A DNA stretch of 56,368 bases from a virus: positions 1-56,368 of the IMG/VR virus record IMGVR_UViG_3300045988_080971, one strand, 5' to 3'. The notes beneath the pieces are model-generated. The model saw only the letters and a list, made by a program, of their open reading frames with translations. It made no database searches and was not told the DNA's origin. The position numbers and the translations under genes are program-made. This document shows positions 52,041 through 56,368 of this stretch, piece by piece (positions within the stretch are counted from its first letter, which is position 1; every line of letters starts with the position of its first letter).

Positions 52041-53756
52041 ATGATTAAAATACATATAGGAGAGCCAGATAAGCTCTCCAACAACATTTTAGTAAAAAAG
52101 AGTGCTTTTGTATCTTTCGATTATAACCCGGATATTGTTTCATTTATCAAGCAAATGGGAACAAGGGTTTATAACCCAAATACAAGAGCATGGGAAATTC
52201 CCATAAATAATATCATTTCTCTTTGCAACAAATTTGAGAATGAAGAAATCAAAATTGATGGTATCTATGAAGATTTACACAAGCAGGAATTTGAAATTGA
52301 TATTCCAAAAGATTTTGAGTTCAAGACAAAGCCATTCAATCATCAGATTGACGGTGTAAGATTTGGATTAAATAAAAAGAAATTCCTGTTATGCGATGAC
52401 CAAGGACTTGGAAAAACAAAGCAGATTATAGACTTCGTTGGTTGTCTCGAAAAAACAGATACAATCAATAAAGTGCTTATCGTGTGTGGTGTAAATTCAT
52501 TAAAGTATAACTGGCAGTCAGAAATTAGTATCCATTCAGATGAAAAAGGATGGGTTCTTGGCACACGTTTTAGAAAAACAACAGGAAAAGCTTATGAGGG
52601 TTCAACAAAGGATAAGCTTGAAGATTTGAACAATCTTCCAGATTGCAGATACATTATTACCAATATTGAAACGTTAAGAGCTGGAGCCGAAAAAATAAGT
52701 AAAAGCAAATATCATTTCCCGATTGCAGAAAAGTTACAGGAATTATGCAAAAAAGGAATTATATCTGTAATTGCCTTTGATGAATGTCATAAGTCTAAAG
52801 AGCCAACATCATTACAGAGCCACGCAATGATAAATGTAACAGCGAAATATATGGTTGCAATGAGTGGTACACCGTTGATGAACAACCCACTTGATTTATA
52901 TTTTCCTTTACATTGGTTAGGATATGAACCTCATTCTTTCTATCAGTTCAAAACACATTATTGTACACTTGGCGGCTGGGGAGGTTCACAAGTTGTAGGC
53001 TACAAGAACCTTGAAGAAATAAGAGCATTGATGGATGAAGTAATGCTCAGAAGATTAAAGACAGAAGTTCTTGATTTACCGGAGAAAATAAGAAAATATG
53101 AATATGTAGATATGACACCTAAACAGAATCAAATATACAAGGAAGTATATGCAGGTGTTATGAGTGATTTACAGAAGATTAAATTCTCAAATAATCCGCT
53201 TTCAATGATGATTAGATTAAGACAAGCGACAGGCTGGACAGGTATTATATCAAATACAGTTCAAGAATCTGCTAAAATGGAAAGAATGACTGAATTAGTG
53301 CAAGAGATTGTAGCAAGTGGACAGAAAGCTATTATTTTTAGCAACTGGGAAAGCATGACAGAAGTAGCAAGAGAGAAATTGAAATCTTATAGTCCAGCTT
53401 ATATCACAGGTGCAACAAAAGCAGACGAACGAATGAAAGAGGTTGAAAGATTTCAAACTGATGATAAATGCAAGGTGATTATAGGAACTATTGGAGCAAT
53501 GGGAACAGGTCTTACATTAACCGCCGCTCAGAATGTTATATTCTTAGACAGCCCTTGGAACATGGCATTAAAAGCACAGGCAGAAGATAGAGCACACAGA
53601 ATCGGTACAAAAGGAACAGTTAATATAATTACACTTGTTTGCAAAAATACCATTGATGAGAGAATTGAGGAACTTGTTGAAAAGAAAGGACAGATTGCGG
53701 ATGCTCTTGTAGATGGTAAGGTAAGCATAGACGATATTAACTATCTTCTTTCATAA
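52041..53756 (+). CDS. SNF2-family helicase/ATPase
   Basis: Motif I DDQGLGKTKQ, motif II AFDECHKSK, motif III SGTPLMNN, motif VI QAEDRAHRIG. Confidence 0.85.
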   Translation: MIKIHIGEPDKLSNNILVKKSAFVSFDYNPDIVSFIKQMGTRVYNPNTRAWEIPINNIISLCNKFENEEIKIDGIYEDLHKQEFEIDIPKDFEFKTKPFNHQIDGVRFGLNKKKFLLCDDQGLGKTKQIIDFVGCLEKTDTINKVLIVCGVNSLKYNWQSEISIHSDEKGWVLGTRFRKTTGKAYEGSTKDKLEDLNNLPDCRYIITNIETLRAGAEKISKSKYHFPIAEKLQELCKKGIISVIAFDECHKSKEPTSLQSHAMINVTAKYMVAMSGTPLMNNPLDLYFPLHWLGYEPHSFYQFKTHYCTLGGWGGSQVVGYKNLEEIRALMDEVMLRRLKTEVLDLPEKIRKYEYVDMTPKQNQIYKEVYAGVMSDLQKIKFSNNPLSMMIRLRQATGWTGIISNTVQESAKMERMTELVQEIVASGQKAIIFSNWESMTEVAREKLKSYSPAYITGATKADERMKEVERFQTDDKCKVIIGTIGAMGTGLTLTAAQNVIFLDSPWNMALKAQAEDRAHRIGTKGTVNIITLVCKNTIDERIEELVEKKGQIADALVDGKVSIDDINYLLS

Positions 53757-53763
53757 TTCACAA

Positions 53764-53796
53764 TCCCACATCTTAATTGATGTGGGAATTTTTTTT
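53764..53796 (+). terminator. Intrinsic terminator
   Basis: Stem tcccacatc/gatgtggga, 6-nt loop, T8. Confidence 0.85.
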
Positions 53797-53815
53797 GTTA
53801 ATTTAATTATATGTA

Positions 53816-53844
53816 TTGCATTTTTATATTTTATGTGTTACAAT
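53816..53844 (+). promoter_or_regulatory. Promoter cassette P7 (TTGCAT-N17-TGtTACAAT)
   Basis: -35 at 53816-53821, -10 at 53839-53844. Confidence 0.75.
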
Positions 53845-53872
53845 ATAAATGCAGTTGAAAGGAGGTGATATA

Positions 53873-54205
53873 TTGAGTGAAACATATTCAACCGCAAGAG
53901 CGGCACAGATTTTAGACATATCGACAAACACTTTAAAAAGATGGTATAAGTGGTACGAGTCGAATGATTATAAAAAGCCGGAAGGGCTTGTTCTCCCCAC
54001 ACCGATCAAGGATAATAGAGGAACAATGTTCTTTACGATGGCACAGATACAAGAACTGCATAAATTCCAATTAGACATAAACACAGTCTATAGAGGGTGT
54101 ATGTCGGAATTTAATGCAGTGTATCAATGGGGAAGAAAAGGAACAGATATTTTAAACAGAAAGGAGAATAAAGCAAATGAGCAGAAGAACAACACCAAAA
54201 ATTGA
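53873..54205 (+). CDS. MerR/excisionase-type HTH protein
   Basis: YSTARAAQILDISTNTLKRWYKWYE; TTG start behind AAAGGAGGTG. Confidence 0.5.
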   Translation: MSETYSTARAAQILDISTNTLKRWYKWYESNDYKKPEGLVLPTPIKDNRGTMFFTMAQIQELHKFQLDINTVYRGCMSEFNAVYQWGRKGTDILNRKENKANEQKNNTKN

Positions 54206-54581
54206 CATTAACAAGATCATCGACTCATACAAGGAGTCAAAAGACAAGGAGAATGCCCTTAAAAAGTCCAATACTGAAATGGGGAATAATATCAAGTCTT
54301 ATTTTCAGACGAACGGGCTTGATAAGGTGGACACAGACAAGTACACCGCTACAGTGACCACATCAACATCAGAATCACTTAATGAGGAGCTTGCCATTGA
54401 GATCATAAAAGAGAATCTTGGTGGAGCAATGCTCAACACTGTTATCAAATCAAAGGAATATATAGACGAAGATGCGCTTGAAAAACTTGTTTATAATGGT
54501 GATTTTGATATAACAAAGTTAGCAAAAGCTAAGATCACAAAAACAACATCAACGCTCCGAGTTGGTAAGAAAAAGGAGTGA
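54177..54581 (+). CDS. Hypothetical protein (134 aa)
   Basis: AAAGGAG RBS. Confidence 0.5.
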   Translation: MSRRTTPKIDINKIIDSYKESKDKENALKKSNTEMGNNIKSYFQTNGLDKVDTDKYTATVTTSTSESLNEELAIEIIKENLGGAMLNTVIKSKEYIDEDALEKLVYNGDFDITKLAKAKITKTTSTLRVGKKKE

Positions 54582-54585
54582 TTGC

Positions 54586-54849
54586 ATGGATGGTTACAGA
54601 GAAAACTGTATAGAATGGATCACAGGTTCTGATACCATATGCTGTTCCATATCACAGGGAAAAATAAAGAGCAAGATATATAAACTCAGAGACAAATATC
54701 CAGATAAAATAAAGATCAATGCGGAGAATAAAGATGGTTCTATATGTGCCACACTTCCGCTGTCAGCTTTGAAGTTATCCATAATTGAAAGATCATTTTC
54801 TGATGAACAACTTGAAGCTATAAAAGAAAGATTTAAGAAAGGAGATTAA
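54586..54849 (+). CDS. Hypothetical protein (87 aa)
   Basis: AAAAGGAG RBS; ATG at 54586. Confidence 0.5.
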   Translation: MDGYRENCIEWITGSDTICCSISQGKIKSKIYKLRDKYPDKIKINAENKDGSICATLPLSALKLSIIERSFSDEQLEAIKERFKKGD

Positions 54850-54851
54850 AC

Positions 54852-55103
54852 ATGCACAATAATATTAGATGTTGTCCAAAGTGTAGTTCCTGCTTTATAA
54901 ATTATCAGTTTGTGCAGGAAAACGCAAAGACAAAAACAAATAATGTTAGTATACTGTCAAAACTTGGCAGAGCGTTGCTTGTACTTTGTACTTGTGGACT
55001 TTGGTTATTAGTGCCAAAACGCAAAAGCACAAGTAAAACAAATATAAGATCAAGAAAAATAGCTATCTGCAATACTTGCGGTTATAGCTGGGAAGTTAAA
55101 TAA
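54852..55103 (+). CDS. Zinc-ribbon membrane protein
   Basis: CPKC...CNTC pairs flank the TM LLVLCTCGLWLLV. Confidence 0.5.
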   Translation: MHNNIRCCPKCSSCFINYQFVQENAKTKTNNVSILSKLGRALLVLCTCGLWLLVPKRKSTSKTNIRSRKIAICNTCGYSWEVK

Positions 55104-55119
55104 TAAGGAGGACAATAAT

Positions 55120-55725
55120 ATGAAGATTTGTAAATGGGCAGGAGATGTAAATGATGAATACTGCAAGGGATGTGACGGAATCAACATGATAGTTGATGAT
55201 AAGAGTGTACCTTGTACAGAGTGTGCAGGCTATGAACCCGGTGAAGAGGAAGTGACGGAAGAAACTACAAACAACAATTTCATGTCGGAACCAGAGGAGG
55301 ATCTTCCTTTTGAAGAGGAAAAGAAGCCGGAAAATAAAACTGTTGAAGATAAAGCAAAAAATAAGCCAAAATCAAACGAAAAGAAAAAGACTAACAACAA
55401 TACATCTGATACAGTATCGTCAAAAACTGATGTAAAAAAGACTACAACAACAAAGAAAACTGACACAACAAAGATCAGTGAAGAGAAGAAGTCAGTTGAA
55501 AATACTGCCGAAAATCCAACCGGCACTATAAAAGTAGTATCTATGAGATATACTTCAGGAGCTACTGTTAAGAAAGGTGATAACTATTTTAAATTTATTG
55601 CCGAAGAGGAATGGGATGTATCACAGATCAGTGATTCAGCTATTCAGGACACAAGAGAAATGTTATGGGCTAAACTCAATGCAGAGATAGATGGACAGAT
55701 CGAAGACTTATCCAACTTGAAATAA
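55120..55725 (+). CDS. Hypothetical protein with N-terminal Cys cluster and K/T-rich linker
   Basis: AAGGAGG RBS; CKGCDG...CTEC. Confidence 0.5.
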   Translation: MKICKWAGDVNDEYCKGCDGINMIVDDKSVPCTECAGYEPGEEEVTEETTNNNFMSEPEEDLPFEEEKKPENKTVEDKAKNKPKSNEKKKTNNNTSDTVSSKTDVKKTTTTKKTDTTKISEEKKSVENTAENPTGTIKVVSMRYTSGATVKKGDNYFKFIAEEEWDVSQISDSAIQDTREMLWAKLNAEIDGQIEDLSNLK

Positions 55726-55728
55726 TAG

Positions 55729-55757
55729 TTGTAAATTGATTGTGTATATGTTATAAT
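55729..55757 (+). promoter_or_regulatory. Promoter P8 (TTGTAA-N17-TATAAT) for the replication operon
   Basis: -35 at 55729-55734, -10 at 55752-55757; tgtgtatatgt spacer related to the cassette family. Confidence 0.65.
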
Positions 55758-55760
55758 ATA

Positions 55761-55910
55761 GTTGCGAGTTGAATAATATAATAATTTAATAATATATGAC
55801 AATTATCCTTGTTATAAATAGGTGTACCTTTTAGTACACAACCAACTTTTTTATTCAACTCGCAACTGATTAAAAAAGAAAGGTACATCTATTTATAACA
55901 AGGATTTTTT
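55761..55910 (+). promoter_or_regulatory. Leader with two interleaved long inverted repeats and a T-run
   Basis: A arms 55761-55776 / 55851-55866 (16/16). B arms 55805-55828 / 55882-55905 (24 bp, one G-T). T6 at 55905-55910. Confidence 0.8.
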
Positions 55911-55931
55911 AATTTGCAAAGGAGAGTTTTT

Positions 55932-56368
55932 ATGTCCGTTATAAGAGTTGAAAAAACAAAGAATTATACAGTTATGAGCAATTATCATTTGAAAGAAAAA
56001 AATATGTCTTTAAAGGCTAAGGGGTTATTATCTTTGATGTTATCTCTTCCTGAGAATTGGGATTACTCAATCGCTGGACTCGTTGCGATATGCAAAGAAA
56101 ATGAAACTGCTATAAAATCTACCTTGAAAGAGTTACAAGAATTTGGATATATGAGCATTGAAAAAATAATGCCAGGGCATACAAGATCAGGTAGAATTGA
56201 ATACATATATAATATCTATGAAAAATCAAAACAAGAGGGTAAAAAACAAGGTGTAGAAAATCTACCCCTAGAAATTCAACATGTAGAAAATCAAGTACAA
56301 TTAAATACTAAAGAACAAAATACTAATAAAGTAAATACTAAAGAAAAGAAAAAAATTATAAAAAAAGA
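55932..56368 (+). CDS. Replication initiator / replisome organizer, N-terminal part (continues at base 1)
   Basis: AAAGGAG RBS; VMSNYHLKEKNMSLKAKGLLSLMLSLPENWDYSIAGL is a typical phage/plasmid initiator HTH N-domain; no stop before the window end. Confidence 0.65.
   Translation, partial: MSVIRVEKTKNYTVMSNYHLKEKNMSLKAKGLLSLMLSLPENWDYSIAGLVAICKENETAIKSTLKELQEFGYMSIEKIMPGHTRSGRIEYIYNIYEKSKQEGKKQGVENLPLEIQHVENQVQLNTKEQNTNKVNTKEKKKIIKK
56250..56368. repeat. Window-end overlap, second copy of bases 1-119
   Basis: Identical 119-mer. Confidence 0.95.

Overview
The window is one complete, circularly closed genome unit of a tailed dsDNA phage. Bases 1-119 are identical to 56250-56368, so the unit is 56,249 bp. 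The genome is AT-rich and has siphovirus-type tail genes. Its lysis genes (GH25 endolysin with Cpl-7 repeats, r1t-type holin) suggest a low-GC Gram-positive host. Every gene I can support is on the + strand, and I saw no integrase, repressor or CRISPR array.

Gene order:
- Replication initiator (wraps the window junction), DnaC-like loader, DnaB helicase and primase.
- A 400-bp repeat-rich non-coding region followed by tRNA-Gln(UUG).
- gp32-like SSB and family-A DNA polymerase.
- A 7-deazaguanine DNA-modification island: DpdA-like transglycosylase, DUF5591/ArcS-like protein, GuaD-like deaminase, QueC, QueD, QueE and FolE.
- Sliding clamp, recombination genes (Cas4-like nuclease, RuvC-like resolvase, RecA-like) and three clamp-loader subunits.
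- Many small early/middle genes, including an orphan MazF/PemK-like toxin and three tandem paralogues.
- TerS, TerL, portal, MuF-like protein, scaffold, major capsid, connectors, major tail protein, chaperones, tape measure, Dit and Tal.
- Lysis genes, then a terminator-bounded accessory cassette, then an SNF2 helicase and early genes.

Transcription looks modular. Eight near-identical sigma-A-type promoter cassettes (TTGnnn-N16/17-TGtTACAAT) are present, five of them directly behind intrinsic terminators.

The observations I rate highest:
- The unusual make-up of the deazaguanine island.
- A shared basic ...LF C-terminal tail on the modification enzymes and on one replisome-operon protein, which may be a clamp-binding peptide.
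- Interleaved long inverted repeats in the leader of the initiator gene.
- DnaA-box clusters built into two intergenic terminator/promoter regions.
- A TAG-interrupted HExxH gene.
- An arginine-rich overlapping micro-ORF.

All functional calls rest on motifs I recognise by eye. No database search was run.
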